Assembly (NCBI GenBank): GCA_041640455.1 | Contig: JBEQAF010000044.1 | Location: forward strand, 1-16,753 | Direction: 5' to 3' | From: a bacterium | GTDB lineage: Bacteria; CALINM01 | DNA: 16,753 nucleotides | Part shown: in pieces, positions 1 through 9,258 of the stretch | How the letters are laid out: every line of letters begins with the position of its first letter | How positions within the stretch are numbered: position 1 is the first letter of the stretch | The notes under the pieces: model-generated | The model's input: only the letters and a program-made list of their open reading frames with translations | The model's database searches: none | What the model was told of the DNA's origin: nothing | Position numbers and translations under genes: made by a program

Positions 1-271
1 ATGCCAGATAGGGAGCCAGAGGGAAGAGCTTTTTATCCACACCCTTAGGGGTTATTATCTCTTTTGCAATAAGCTTTAGTCCGTCAGCAGCGCTCTGAAG
101 GGCACCGTGAAAACCAACCTCCATGGGTCCCAGCCTTAACTGAATATGTCCGGATATCTTTCTTTCCAGCCAGACAGCCAGCAGGGCATTTATGGTAAAA
201 ACTATCATAACCCCCGCTATGCTTATGATGACTTTTATTATCATGCTATCAGCAACTGAAGCAAAGTCCAC
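1..271 (-). CDS. nuoH: NADH-quinone oxidoreductase-like subunit H, N-terminal part (runs off the window start)
   Basis: Not in the ORF track; translated by hand from GTG at 271, preceded by AGGAGG overlapping the nuoD stop: MDFASVADSMIIKVIISIAGVMIVFTINALLAVWLERKISGHIQLRLGPMEVGFHGALQSAADGLKLIAKEIITPKGVDKKLFPLAPYLA. Contains the NuoH/ND1 motifs WLERK..Q.R.GP and ADGLKL..KE...P. Confidence 0.93.
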   Translation of the reverse strand, partial: MDFASVADSMIIKVIISIAGVMIVFTINALLAVWLERKISGHIQLRLGPMEVGFHGALQSAADGLKLIAKEIITPKGVDKKLFPLAPYLA

Positions 272-281
272 CGATACCTCC

Positions 282-1388
282 TTATCTGTCGATTTCTGGA
301 ATTACCACGTCTATACTTCCAAGTATGGCAACCACGTCTGATATCTTGTTTTCAGGAAGCAGTTTATCCAGTATGGAAAGGTTGGAAAAGGCAGGATCCC
401 TGAGCTTAAATCTATATGGGTTTGCGGTACCATCGCTAACAAGATAAACACCAAGCAGCCCTCTTGATGTTTCAACAGCAAAATAATACTCCCCTTCGGG
501 AAGCTTAACTATCTTTGGTGCCTTTTCTGCAAAGGGACCTTCTGGAATAGCCTTTGCGGCCTGCTCAATAATCCTGACAGACTGTATAACCTCTTTCATC
601 CTGACCTTATATCTGTCGTAACAGTCTCCCTTTTCTCCCAGCGGTATGTCAAAATCAAACCTTGAGTATATGGAATAGGGCTCATTTTTTCTAAGGTCAA
701 AGTTAACTCCTGACCCTCTTGCTACAGGGCCTGTAAGGGCATAATCTCTCACATCGTCTTTTGTTATAAAGCCAATATCCTTAACCCTTTCAAGAAAAAT
801 TATACTTTCAATCAGTGTCTCTGTGTCTTCCATTCTCTGTCTTATCATTTTAAGGAAATCATCGAGCATCCTGAAAAATTCAGGCGTAAGGTCATCTGCT
901 ACACCACCTATCTTAAAATAGTTGTTTGTCATCCTCTGACCAGTAACCTCTTCAAACATATCCATTATCCGCTCTCTCGCGTCAAAGAGCCATAGAAAGG
1001 GGGTAAAAGCGCCAAGATCCAGTAAAAATGCGCCTGCCCATAGGAGGTGAGAGGCTATTCTATTAAGCTCGCCCATTATAACTCTTATGTACTCTGCTCT
1101 CTCTGGAGGGGTAATTCCGAGAGCCTTTTCCATGCATCCCACATATGCCCATTCAAAAAGCATGGATGATACATAGTCAAACCTATCCATTACAGGCATC
1201 ATCTGGATATAGGTTTTACTCTCAGCCATTTTCTCAACGCCTCTGTGAGCATAACCCAGAACAGTCTCAGATGATATAACCTTTTCTCCTTCAACTTTAA
1301 GAACTATTCTCAAGACCCCATGTGTTGATGGGTGCTGGGGTCCCATGTTAACATAAAAATCTTTCTGTATGCCTTTTTCTGCTTCCAT
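282..1388 (-). CDS. nuoD: Complex I-like subunit D (quinone-binding 49-kDa homologue)
   Basis: Motifs NMGPQHPSTHGVLR, GYAHRGVEK, DRFDY, ELNRIASHL and C-terminal GSIDVVIPEIDR. No NiFe-binding CxxC pairs. Confidence 0.95.
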   Translation of the reverse strand: MEAEKGIQKDFYVNMGPQHPSTHGVLRIVLKVEGEKVISSETVLGYAHRGVEKMAESKTYIQMMPVMDRFDYVSSMLFEWAYVGCMEKALGITPPERAEYIRVIMGELNRIASHLLWAGAFLLDLGAFTPFLWLFDARERIMDMFEEVTGQRMTNNYFKIGGVADDLTPEFFRMLDDFLKMIRQRMEDTETLIESIIFLERVKDIGFITKDDVRDYALTGPVARGSGVNFDLRKNEPYSIYSRFDFDIPLGEKGDCYDRYKVRMKEVIQSVRIIEQAAKAIPEGPFAEKAPKIVKLPEGEYYFAVETSRGLLGVYLVSDGTANPYRFKLRDPAFSNLSILDKLLPENKISDVVAILGSIDVVIPEIDR

Positions 1389-1389
1389 C

Positions 1390-1821
1390 TTAGTCCTCTT
1401 TTTCTCCCCATGATTTTAACAGAGGGTATCCCTCCATACCTTCAGGAGTTAATAATCTTTTAAGATTCGGATGCCCTTCAAATCTGACACCAAAAAAATC
1501 ATATACTTCAGACTCAAACCAATCGGCAGAGGGGAATACTCCTGTCAGAGAGGGAGCGCTTTCGCTGTACTGGATGTCCATATACAGAGCTGTTCTGTGC
1601 ACCTTTGAATACTCATTAAAGATGTAAATGAGCCTTATCTTGTCTTTTTTATCCACTGCCGTAATGGTTTCAAGAAAATAGCCTTCATCTTTAAAGCTTT
1701 TTCCTATTTTTACAATATCTTCCTTTTTTTTCAGCAGATAGGCATGATTAAAACCGTTTTTTGCATAGTTAAGCTCAAGTTTTTCGGCTTCAAAATTATC
1801 AAGCAAGGTTATAACACCCAT
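1390..1821 (-). CDS. nuoC: Complex I-like subunit C (short form)
   Basis: C-terminal motif ADWFESEVYDFFGVRFEGHPNLKRLL..GYPLLK. Lies between nuoB and nuoD; its ATG abuts the nuoB stop. Confidence 0.92.
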   Translation of the reverse strand: MGVITLLDNFEAEKLELNYAKNGFNHAYLLKKKEDIVKIGKSFKDEGYFLETITAVDKKDKIRLIYIFNEYSKVHRTALYMDIQYSESAPSLTGVFPSADWFESEVYDFFGVRFEGHPNLKRLLTPEGMEGYPLLKSWGEKED

Positions 1822-2307
1822 TTATCTACCCTCTTTTATCTTCTTTTGTAACTCCAGAAGTCCGTATATAAGCGCCTCCGGTCTGGGCGGACAGCCGGGC
1901 ACATACACATCAACCGGCAAAAAACTATCAACTCCTTTCACAACTCCGTATGCATTCTTTGAAAATACACCTCCAGATATAGCACAGGCTCCTAAAGCAA
2001 GCACATATTTGGGAGCAGGCATCTGCTCGTAGAGGGTTTTAACTCTCGGTGCCATCTTTTTTGTAACGGTACCAGCAACAATCATAAGATCTGCCTGTCT
2101 CGGAGAGGGTCTGAAAACACCTGCTCCAAACCTATCGAGATCAAATCTTGAGGCACCTGCAGCCATCATCTCTATGGCACAGCAGGCTAATCCGAAAGTG
2201 GCTGGCCAGAGGGAGTTTTTTCTAGCCCAGTTTAAAACATCTTCCAGTATGGCAAACTTTACATTATGAACATAGGGGACTTCTATCTTTTCAAGCTCTT
2301 TTACCAT
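1822..2307 (-). CDS. nuoB: Complex I-like subunit B (N2 [4Fe-4S] cluster)
   Basis: Motifs [16 protein letters not shown] (tandem Cys), [21 protein letters not shown] and [12 protein letters not shown]. Confidence 0.96.
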   Translation of the reverse strand: MVKELEKIEVPYVHNVKFAILEDVLNWARKNSLWPATFGLACCAIEMMAAGASRFDLDRFGAGVFRPSPRQADLMIVAGTVTKKMAPRVKTLYEQMPAPKYVLALGACAISGGVFSKNAYGVVKGVDSFLPVDVYVPGCPPRPEALIYGLLELQKKIKEGR

Positions 2308-2657
2308 TCAAATACTCCTTTAGCCCAGGCATATATTAAAGCAAAGGTAAGAATTCCTACAAAAAGGAACACCTCAAACCAGAAAATCATGCCCGTCAGA
2401 TTGTTATAAACCATTGCCCATGGTATGAGAAAAAATACCTCCACATCAAAGGCAACAAAAAGAAGCGCAACCAGATAATATCTAACGTTGAACTGTATCC
2501 AGGCATCCCCTATGGGCTCTTCACCGCATTCATAGGTAGTAAGCTTTTTATCTCCAATGGCTTTCGGGGCTATAAGTTTTGGAAGTATTGTAACTATTGA
2601 AACGAATACGATGCTGATTATGCTGAACAAAAAGACGTAAGAATAACTTTCTAACAC
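2301..2657 (-). CDS. nuoA: Complex I-like subunit A
   Basis: Motifs [21 protein letters not shown] and [10 protein letters not shown]. Start moved from the track's 2714 to the in-frame GTG at 2657, which has GGAGG 5 nt upstream and gives 118 aa. Overlaps the nuoB start by 7 nt. Confidence 0.93.
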   Translation of the reverse strand: MLESYSYVFLFSIISIVFVSIVTILPKLIAPKAIGDKKLTTYECGEEPIGDAWIQFNVRYYLVALLFVAFDVEVFFLIPWAMVYNNLTGMIFWFEVFLFVGILTFALIYAWAKGVFEW

Positions 2658-2775
2658 AACATCCTCCCCCGTACAAAAAAGAATAGACAAAAAACTATGA
2701 AAAAATAATACCATAATGCCAATATCATAAAAAAAAGGTGTCTGTCAACAAAATTTATTTTTATATTCTTTTTTT

Positions 2776-2803
2776 TTGAAAAATTATAAATATTTAGTAA
2801 AAT
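2776..2803 (+). promoter_or_regulatory. Putative sigma70-type promoter for hemL and the CobT-like gene
   Basis: TTGAAA (2776-2781), 16-nt spacer, TAAAAT (2798-2803); GGGGG SD-like run before ATG 2833. The AT-rich context lowers specificity. Confidence 0.45.
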
Positions 2804-2832
2804 GGTTAAATTAAATTTTTCGGGGGTCAGAT

Positions 2833-4101
2833 ATGGAGAGAGTCAAAACTTCAGAGATATTTAAAAAGGCAAAGCATATACTGCCCGGTGGAGTGGACAG
2901 TCCTGTCCGTGCATTCAAAGCAGTTGGGGAGACACCTCTTTTCACCAAAAAAGCCGTTGGTTCCTATCTCTATGACATTGATGATAATTTCTATATTGAC
3001 TATGTGGGCTCATGGGGTCCAATGATTCTCGGGCACAATCATCCTGAGATATTTAATGCCATACTGGAAGCACTTAAGGATGGCACAAGTTTTGGCACTT
3101 CATCGGAAAGGGAAGTAGTTCTGGCAGAGCTGGTACTGGAAGCCTTCCCCTCCATGGAGATGGTAAGATTTGTCAATTCAGGCACAGAAGCCACCATGAG
3201 CGCCATTAGGCTGGCAAGGGCATACACAAAAAGGAATAAGATTATCAAGTTTAACGGCTGCTATCACGGGCATTCTGATGGGCTTCTGGTTAAGGCTGGT
3301 TCAGGCGCTGCTACATTCGGCATACCTGACAGTCCTGGTGTTCCTGAAGATTATGCCAGACATACGCTTGTAGCAGAGTTTAATAATATTGAAAGTGTTG
3401 AGGCATTGTTTGAAAATCATCCAGAAGATATTGCCTGTGTCATACTGGAGCCTGTGGTAGGTCATATGGGCTTGCTGATCCCCAGAGCTGATTTTCTAAA
3501 AAAGTTGAGAGAGCTTACAAAAAGATATGAAGCTCTTCTCATATTTGATGAGGTTATGACGGGTTTCAGGCTTGCCTTTGGAGGTGCTCAGGAGATTTTT
3601 AAAATAGATCCCGACCTTACCTGTTTTGGAAAAATTATCGGCGGTGGTCTTCCTGTTGGTGCCTATGGTGGCAAAAGAAAGATAATGAGCCTTATAGCCC
3701 CTGAAGGTCCTGTATATCAGGCTGGCACCCTATCAGGAAACCCACTGGCTATGGCAGCTGGCATTGCAACGCTAAAATATCTAAAGGAGAAAAATGTTTA
3801 CGAAAAGATAAATAAATATACCGAGCTATTATGCAAAGAGGCAGAGAGTATCCTGTCTAAGAAAACAGCCGTCAGGATAAACCGTTTTGGTTCTATGTTC
3901 ACCATCTTCTTTACTGATCAGGAGGTTTATGACTGGGCATCAGCGAAAACTTCCGATACAAATAAATTCAGTCAACTTTTCAGAACACTTCTAAACAATA
4001 ATGTATTCTTCCCGCCATCACAGTTTGAAGCAGCCTTTGTATCCTTTGCGCACGGAGAAAAGGAGCTTGAAATAACACTGGAGGCAATAAAAAAGTTTTA
4101 A
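2833..4101 (+). CDS. hemL: Glutamate-1-semialdehyde 2,1-aminomutase
   Basis: Motifs PGGVDSPVRAF, DYVGSWGPMILGH, RFVNSGTEATMSAIRLAR, GCYHGHSD, IFDEVMTGFR, PLP-lysine FGKIIGGGLPVGAYGG, YQAGTLSGNP and PSQFEA. Confidence 0.97.
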   Translation: MERVKTSEIFKKAKHILPGGVDSPVRAFKAVGETPLFTKKAVGSYLYDIDDNFYIDYVGSWGPMILGHNHPEIFNAILEALKDGTSFGTSSEREVVLAELVLEAFPSMEMVRFVNSGTEATMSAIRLARAYTKRNKIIKFNGCYHGHSDGLLVKAGSGAATFGIPDSPGVPEDYARHTLVAEFNNIESVEALFENHPEDIACVILEPVVGHMGLLIPRADFLKKLRELTKRYEALLIFDEVMTGFRLAFGGAQEIFKIDPDLTCFGKIIGGGLPVGAYGGKRKIMSLIAPEGPVYQAGTLSGNPLAMAAGIATLKYLKEKNVYEKINKYTELLCKEAESILSKKTAVRINRFGSMFTIFFTDQEVYDWASAKTSDTNKFSQLFRTLLNNNVFFPPSQFEAAFVSFAHGEKELEITLEAIKKF

Positions 4102-4102
4102 A

Positions 4103-5203
4103 ATGAAGGATTTAATTGTAGTTCAGGATAGTCCTTACCGAAAGGGCTATCTTGAACGTATAAAAAGCAGGGATTGTATTTTTGTCTGCACCATCGCCAC
4201 CACAAAAACAGCTGAGGTACCAGGCATATCTGCCGCTGGTGCTACACCTAAGCTTAGAAGATATACAGCTCAAGCAGATGTGGAGTATCTATTCTACGAA
4301 AAAACCTTCACCATAAAGGAGATCCCGAAAAATCCTCTCGGTCCGCCCTCCCCTGTGGTTATTACAAAGGCAGCTCTCAATCTATCAGGGATGCCCTTGC
4401 TTGTTGTTGACGCCGGTTGTCGTGTAAAGGCGAAAGTGCCTGCCATCACATTACGTAATAAAGGCTTAGACTGCATATCTACAGGGAAAGCCTTTGATAG
4501 GGAAGAGGAGCTTTTTGAACTTTCAAAAGCTTTTGCTCTTGAGCTTGGGCGTCTTGGCAGATCGGTTATTCTGTCTGAAAGTGTTCCAGGAGGCACCACT
4601 ACCGCCCTGTCTTTGATGAGCTTTTTCGGTATAAATGCCCATTCCAAAGTAAGTAGCAGTATGAAAGACAACGCACACAATCTTAAAACCAGCTTGGTTA
4701 AGACCGCCCATAAAAACTGTCCCATATCAAAGAAGGATAGGGAAAAATATCCGCTTAAGGTTGTGGCATCCATAGGAGACAGCATGCAACTAACAAATGC
4801 AGTTCTGGCTATATATTTAGCAGACCAGCTGCCTGTTATATTAGCTGGAGGCTCCCAGATGCTTGCCGTTGCAGGTTTTATATCAATTCTTGAGAGTTAT
4901 CTGAAGAAAAAGGTCTGCTGGGAAAATATATCGGTCTGTACAACCAGATGGGTACTTGAAGATCCTACTGCCGATTTTAAAGGGCTCTCGAGAGATGTCC
5001 AGCCAAAGCTTCTTACAATGGCAGCAGATATTGATTTTTCTCGTTCCAGATTTGAGGGGCTAAGAAGATATGAGGAAGGGCTTGTTAAAGAAGGTGTTGG
5101 TGCTGGCGGTATAGCAGGTACTGGATTCATTAAGGGCTACTTTGATAAAAAAAGCCTTCTTTTTGAGATTGAAAGGTTATTTGGAAGGATGCTAAAGTCT
5201 TAA
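4103..5203 (+). CDS. cobT: Archaeal/cyanobacterial-type nicotinate-mononucleotide:base phosphoribosyltransferase (CobT-like, TIGR00303/MJ1598-type)
   Basis: Motifs PGISAAGATP..R.YT..AD.E, PPSPVVIT, ESVPGGTTTAL, SSSM...H..K, LAGGSQMLAV and YEEG.VKEGVGAGG match this family and are distinct from canonical bacterial CobT. Confidence 0.88.
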   Translation: MKDLIVVQDSPYRKGYLERIKSRDCIFVCTIATTKTAEVPGISAAGATPKLRRYTAQADVEYLFYEKTFTIKEIPKNPLGPPSPVVITKAALNLSGMPLLVVDAGCRVKAKVPAITLRNKGLDCISTGKAFDREEELFELSKAFALELGRLGRSVILSESVPGGTTTALSLMSFFGINAHSKVSSSMKDNAHNLKTSLVKTAHKNCPISKKDREKYPLKVVASIGDSMQLTNAVLAIYLADQLPVILAGGSQMLAVAGFISILESYLKKKVCWENISVCTTRWVLEDPTADFKGLSRDVQPKLLTMAADIDFSRSRFEGLRRYEEGLVKEGVGAGGIAGTGFIKGYFDKKSLLFEIERLFGRMLKS

Positions 5204-5457
5204 TCAGCTTAGCTATCCTCCAGTTCTAATTCTGTCATCTCCTGCAAAAAATCTGCATATCCGTCAACTTAAGATAAAAACTTTTCTGTCTATATTTGCT
5301 TTAAGAAGTTATGAAGTTTTTCATTCCACAGTTCTTTTGCCAGAAATAATGGCTATTTTTTACCTTTCTTCAAAAGTCGCTTCCTATCTCCCATAAGATT
5401 TATGAACGCTCGGGATTCTTTTAATCGCTCCAATGTTAATTTAATCTTTCATAATAT

Positions 5458-5486
5458 TTGACAGCATCAATCATCTGTGCTAAATT
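5458..5486 (+). promoter_or_regulatory. Putative sigma70-type promoter for glgP
   Basis: Perfect TTGACA (5458-5463), 17-nt spacer, extended TGn-TAAATT (-10 at 5481-5486); 17 nt lie between the -10 and ATG 5504. Confidence 0.7.
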
Positions 5487-5503
5487 TTGCATAGAGAATT
5501 CGG

Positions 5504-7927
5504 ATGTGGGAAGACAAAAATCTTAAGGACTCAATCAGACATCATATTATAGCAACTCTCGGCAATGATTTTTTAACTCCGAAAAAAGACCTGCTTTTTA
5601 ACGGTTTAGCCTACAGCGTGCGAGAGAGGTTAATTAAACGGTGGCTTGAATCCCAGAGACTTTATTATTCAAAAAAATCTAAGCGAGTTTACTATCTGTC
5701 TATGGAGTTCCTCCCAGGAAGATTTTTAAGAAACTATATCATTAATCTTGATATGGAAGATGAGTGCAGAGAGGCTTTAAAGGATACCAATTTTACTCTT
5801 GAAGATCTTGAGACCGAGGAGGTGGATCCAGGGCTTGGGAATGGAGGACTGGGAAGGCTGGCTTCCTGTTTTCTGGACTCTCTTACCTTTCTGAACATCC
5901 CTGCTTATGGCTACGGTATCAGATACGATTACGGGATTTTTTTTCAGAAGATTATAGATGGCTGGCAGGTAGAGTTCTGCGATAACTGGTTGAAAAAGGG
6001 TTGCCCATGGGAGATTAAAAGGATAGGCTTTCTTTACTCTGTCAAGCTTTATGGTAGATCAGAATCCTATCTGGACAGTGAAGGTAAGGTTAGATACAGA
6101 TGGGTCGATGCAGATACTGTGGATACTATGGCATGTGATATACTTATCCCAGCCTATGGCACAAAAAGAGTTAATAATATGAGGCTCTGGTCTGCCATAT
6201 CAAGCCACGAGTTTAACATGGAGTTTTATAACCATGGCGAATATATGAAGGCAATGGAAAACAAGATGTTAAAGGAGAATATCACAAAGGTTTTATATCC
6301 CAGTGATGAGATTGAACAGGGTAAAATGCTCAGGCTAAAACAGCAGTATCTCTTTGTAGCATCCACATTTCAAGACATTATGAGAAGACACAAAAAGAGC
6401 GGGCTGTCGCTCAAGGAACTGCCCAGTTTAATATCTGTCCAGCTTAACGATACCCATCCCGCCATAAGCATAGCCGAGCTCATGAGGATTTTACTGGATG
6501 AAGAGTATCTGAGCTGGGAAGATGCATGGCATATTACCACAAGGGTTTTTTCATATACCAACCACACTGTCCTGCCAGAGGCTCTTGAGACATGGCCTAC
6601 CGAGATGATCGGCAAACTACTGCCCAGACATCTGGATATAATCTACGAGATAAACCGAAGATTTCTTGAACAAGTGGCAGAGCGCTACCCTGGTGACAAT
6701 GAAAAACTTTCAAGGGTATCGATCATAGGCGAATCTCCTTATAAACATGTCAGAATGTCTCACCTTGCCATAGTAGGAAGCCATTCGGTAAACGGCGTAG
6801 CAAAGCTTCATACGGAGATACTTAAAAATCATCTGTTCAGAGACTTTTATGAGCTGTTCCCCGAACGTTTTAAAAATATTACCAACGGCATTACCCAGAG
6901 AAGATGGTTACTTCAGGCAAATCCCGAGCTTTCGAGGCTGATCACTGAAGCCATAGGAGAAGGCTGGATAAAAGATCTCGATGAGCTTAAAAAGCTTGTC
7001 CCCTTTGCTGAAGACAGCTCTTTCAGAAAAGCATGGCACAATGTACGGATTAAAAATAAAGAAGCTCTTAAGCAGTATATTCTGAGAAAGACCTGCATAG
7101 AGACTGATATTTACTCCATGTTTGATGTTCAGATAAAGCGTATACACGAGTATAAGAGACAGCTTTTAAATCTGCTTCATGTAATAACTCTTTATAACAG
7201 AATAAAATCAAACCCCCGCATGGAGGTTACACCACGAACAGTAATCTTTGCTGGAAAAGCTGCGCCAGGCTATTACTTTGCCAAACTGATTATTAAGCTT
7301 ATTAACGAGGTTGCCAGGCGTATTAACAGTGATCCAGCTGTTAACAAACTACTTAAGGTAGTATTTTTGCCCAATTACTGCATAACTCAGGCAGAAAAGG
7401 TAATTCCCGCCGCAGATCTATCGGAGCAGATATCCACTGCAGGATATGAGGCTTCAGGCACGAGCAACATGAAGCTTGCGCTAAACGGGGCTCTAACCAT
7501 TGGTACCCTTGACGGAGCAAATATTGAGATTATGGAGGAGGTGGGGAGAGATAATATTTTCATATTCGGACTAACCCATGAACAGATCTCAGAGCTACGA
7601 AAGAAGGGGTATAACCCCTATGAATATTACTGTTCTAACGAAGAGCTCAGATCTGCCCTTGATGCCATATCGGGCAATGAGTTTTGTCCTGCCAGCCCTG
7701 GGCTTTTTAAACCCATAATAAAGCAGCTTATTGATGAAGGTGACAAATACTTTGTATTGGCAGACTATGAAGATTACGTAAAAACACAGGATGAGGTAGC
7801 AAAGCTATTTTTAGACAGAGAAAGCTGGATAAAAAAATCTATTCTTAATACAGCCAATATGGGTAAATTTTCCAGTGACCGTTCTATAAGGGAGTATGCC
7901 AGACTGATCTGGAATATAGAGATATAG
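5504..7927 (+). CDS. glgP: Glycogen/starch/alpha-glucan phosphorylase (GT35)
   Basis: 807 aa with motifs YYLSMEFL, LGNGGLGRLASCFLDS, QLNDTHP, YTNHTVLPEALE, QIKRIHEYKRQLLN, PLP-lysine EASGTSNMK and FSSDRSI.EYA. Confidence 0.96.
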   Translation: MWEDKNLKDSIRHHIIATLGNDFLTPKKDLLFNGLAYSVRERLIKRWLESQRLYYSKKSKRVYYLSMEFLPGRFLRNYIINLDMEDECREALKDTNFTLEDLETEEVDPGLGNGGLGRLASCFLDSLTFLNIPAYGYGIRYDYGIFFQKIIDGWQVEFCDNWLKKGCPWEIKRIGFLYSVKLYGRSESYLDSEGKVRYRWVDADTVDTMACDILIPAYGTKRVNNMRLWSAISSHEFNMEFYNHGEYMKAMENKMLKENITKVLYPSDEIEQGKMLRLKQQYLFVASTFQDIMRRHKKSGLSLKELPSLISVQLNDTHPAISIAELMRILLDEEYLSWEDAWHITTRVFSYTNHTVLPEALETWPTEMIGKLLPRHLDIIYEINRRFLEQVAERYPGDNEKLSRVSIIGESPYKHVRMSHLAIVGSHSVNGVAKLHTEILKNHLFRDFYELFPERFKNITNGITQRRWLLQANPELSRLITEAIGEGWIKDLDELKKLVPFAEDSSFRKAWHNVRIKNKEALKQYILRKTCIETDIYSMFDVQIKRIHEYKRQLLNLLHVITLYNRIKSNPRMEVTPRTVIFAGKAAPGYYFAKLIIKLINEVARRINSDPAVNKLLKVVFLPNYCITQAEKVIPAADLSEQISTAGYEASGTSNMKLALNGALTIGTLDGANIEIMEEVGRDNIFIFGLTHEQISELRKKGYNPYEYYCSNEELRSALDAISGNEFCPASPGLFKPIIKQLIDEGDKYFVLADYEDYVKTQDEVAKLFLDRESWIKKSILNTANMGKFSSDRSIREYARLIWNIEI

Positions 7928-8527
7928 CTAATCTTTGTTTAAAAATCTCAAAAGACAGTTGCCATCGTCAAATATTCTGACTGATGAGAGGCTACCAAAG
8001 CTTACTTCTATTTTATAGTAGTTTTTAAGAGAAATCCCGATCATGCTATAGATAATAATCCTTATACTCCCCGCATGACCCACAAACAATAAGTTCCCTT
8101 TACTTCTACAGATATACCTGAAAGCTTTCATAACCCTTTTTCTCATATCTTTAAGAGACTCTCCTTCAGGGAAGGGTGTATTAACAATATCTTTCATCCG
8201 CCTCTTCAGATACTCACCGTCCCTTTCTATAATCTCGTTGTAGGTCAGCCCTTCCCATCTGCCCGCATTTATCTCCCGAAATTCCTTTAAAAATATATGC
8301 TTGCAGTTAAGACTCTCTGCATAAAAGCTTGCTGGTATCATTGTCCTTTTTAAATCCGATGAGCAGACAAGACTGATGTTTTTATCTTTCAGATAGTCAA
8401 TCCAGCGAATGGTTTCCTTTAACCCCTCTTCGGTCAGTTCCACATCTGACTGCCCGTTAAGCACGCCCTGTTCACTATTCAAAAGCCTTCCATGTCTTAT
8501 TAGATAAATATCTCTGAATCCATTCAT
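7928..8527 (-). CDS. cobC: Histidine phosphatase, probable alpha-ribazole/adenosylcobalamin-5'-phosphate phosphatase
   Basis: Motifs LIRHG, SSDLKR, FREINAG.WEG, PEGES and VGHAG. Its ATG directly abuts the cobS stop. The cobC assignment rests on operon context. Confidence 0.8.
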   Translation of the reverse strand: MNGFRDIYLIRHGRLLNSEQGVLNGQSDVELTEEGLKETIRWIDYLKDKNISLVCSSDLKRTMIPASFYAESLNCKHIFLKEFREINAGRWEGLTYNEIIERDGEYLKRRMKDIVNTPFPEGESLKDMRKRVMKAFRYICRSKGNLLFVGHAGSIRIIIYSMIGISLKNYYKIEVSFGSLSSVRIFDDGNCLLRFLNKD

Positions 8528-9256
8528 TTAAACTGCCCTGATATAAAATATTAATACCAGCATTTCGGTTATTATGCAGCCTGCGCCAAAGAGATCTCCA
8601 GAAAGCCCACCGTATCTTATTAGCATATAGTTTCTGTAAATAAAAGAAAATACCCAGACAATAAAAGCAAGCACAAGATAGTTCCATCCAAGTATTGCTG
8701 ATAGCAGAAAAAAGCTTATGTTAGCAATTAAAAACTCCTTTAGGGTTGTCCTTTCAATAAAAAATCTGCCCAGCCCTTCTTCAAACAGTGAAGCTGATTT
8801 ATGAATGCAGTTAACAATGGTAAGCCTTCCTGCCATGCCAAGAAAGACAAACTTGGAAAAGTCTGCCCTGATATAACCTGCTGCTTTGAAAATTAAAGAA
8901 AAATATAAAATAAGGGCAAAAGCACCCATGGTACCGATACGGCTATCTTTTAATATCTCTCTGAATCTTTTGCTATCCTTTTTTGCTCCAAACAGCGCAT
9001 CTACAAAATCTACATAGCCATCAAGATGCAATCCGCCGTTCAGCAGATGGTAGAAAAAGATGGAGAGGAGAAAAGCTAAATCTTCTGGTATAAATAAGCT
9101 GATAAGGCTATAAAAGAAAAATGATATGAGACCTAAAAGAGCCCCTGCAAGGGGAAAATAGCCTACCACCTTATAAAAATTTTCATCATTACTTATCAGT
9201 TTTGCTGGAACAGGCAGAAGAGATAAAAAACTAAGGGCAAGTATCAGGTATCTCAA
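8528..9256 (-). CDS. cobS: Adenosylcobinamide-GDP ribazoletransferase (cobamide synthase)
   Basis: Hydrophobic protein with motifs FPLAG..LG, GGLHLDG..D..DA, LKDSRIG..G and GGLSGD..GA. TTG start 2 nt after the cobT stop. Confidence 0.93.
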   Translation of the reverse strand: MRYLILALSFLSLLPVPAKLISNDENFYKVVGYFPLAGALLGLISFFFYSLISLFIPEDLAFLLSIFFYHLLNGGLHLDGYVDFVDALFGAKKDSKRFREILKDSRIGTMGAFALILYFSLIFKAAGYIRADFSKFVFLGMAGRLTIVNCIHKSASLFEEGLGRFFIERTTLKEFLIANISFFLLSAILGWNYLVLAFIVWVFSFIYRNYMLIRYGGLSGDLFGAGCIITEMLVLIFYIRAV

Positions 9257-9258
9257 TC

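Noticed and set aside
282..2307. Group 4 [NiFe]-hydrogenase
   Set aside because: The large-subunit homologue lacks both CxxC Ni-binding motifs, and the small-subunit homologue has the complex I tandem Cys.
2658..2714. N-terminal extension of NuoA given in the ORF track
   Set aside because: A strong SD precedes GTG 2657, which gives a typical NuoA length; the extension runs through AT-rich leader sequence.
2787..2796. Palindrome TAAATATTTA in the hemL promoter spacer
   Set aside because: A single all-A/T 10-mer in a highly AT-rich stretch; expected by chance.
5458..5470. FNR/CRP-family site TTGACAGCATCAA at the glgP -35
   Set aside because: It is 1 nt shorter than TTGAT-N4-ATCAA and is largely explained by the -35 hexamer.
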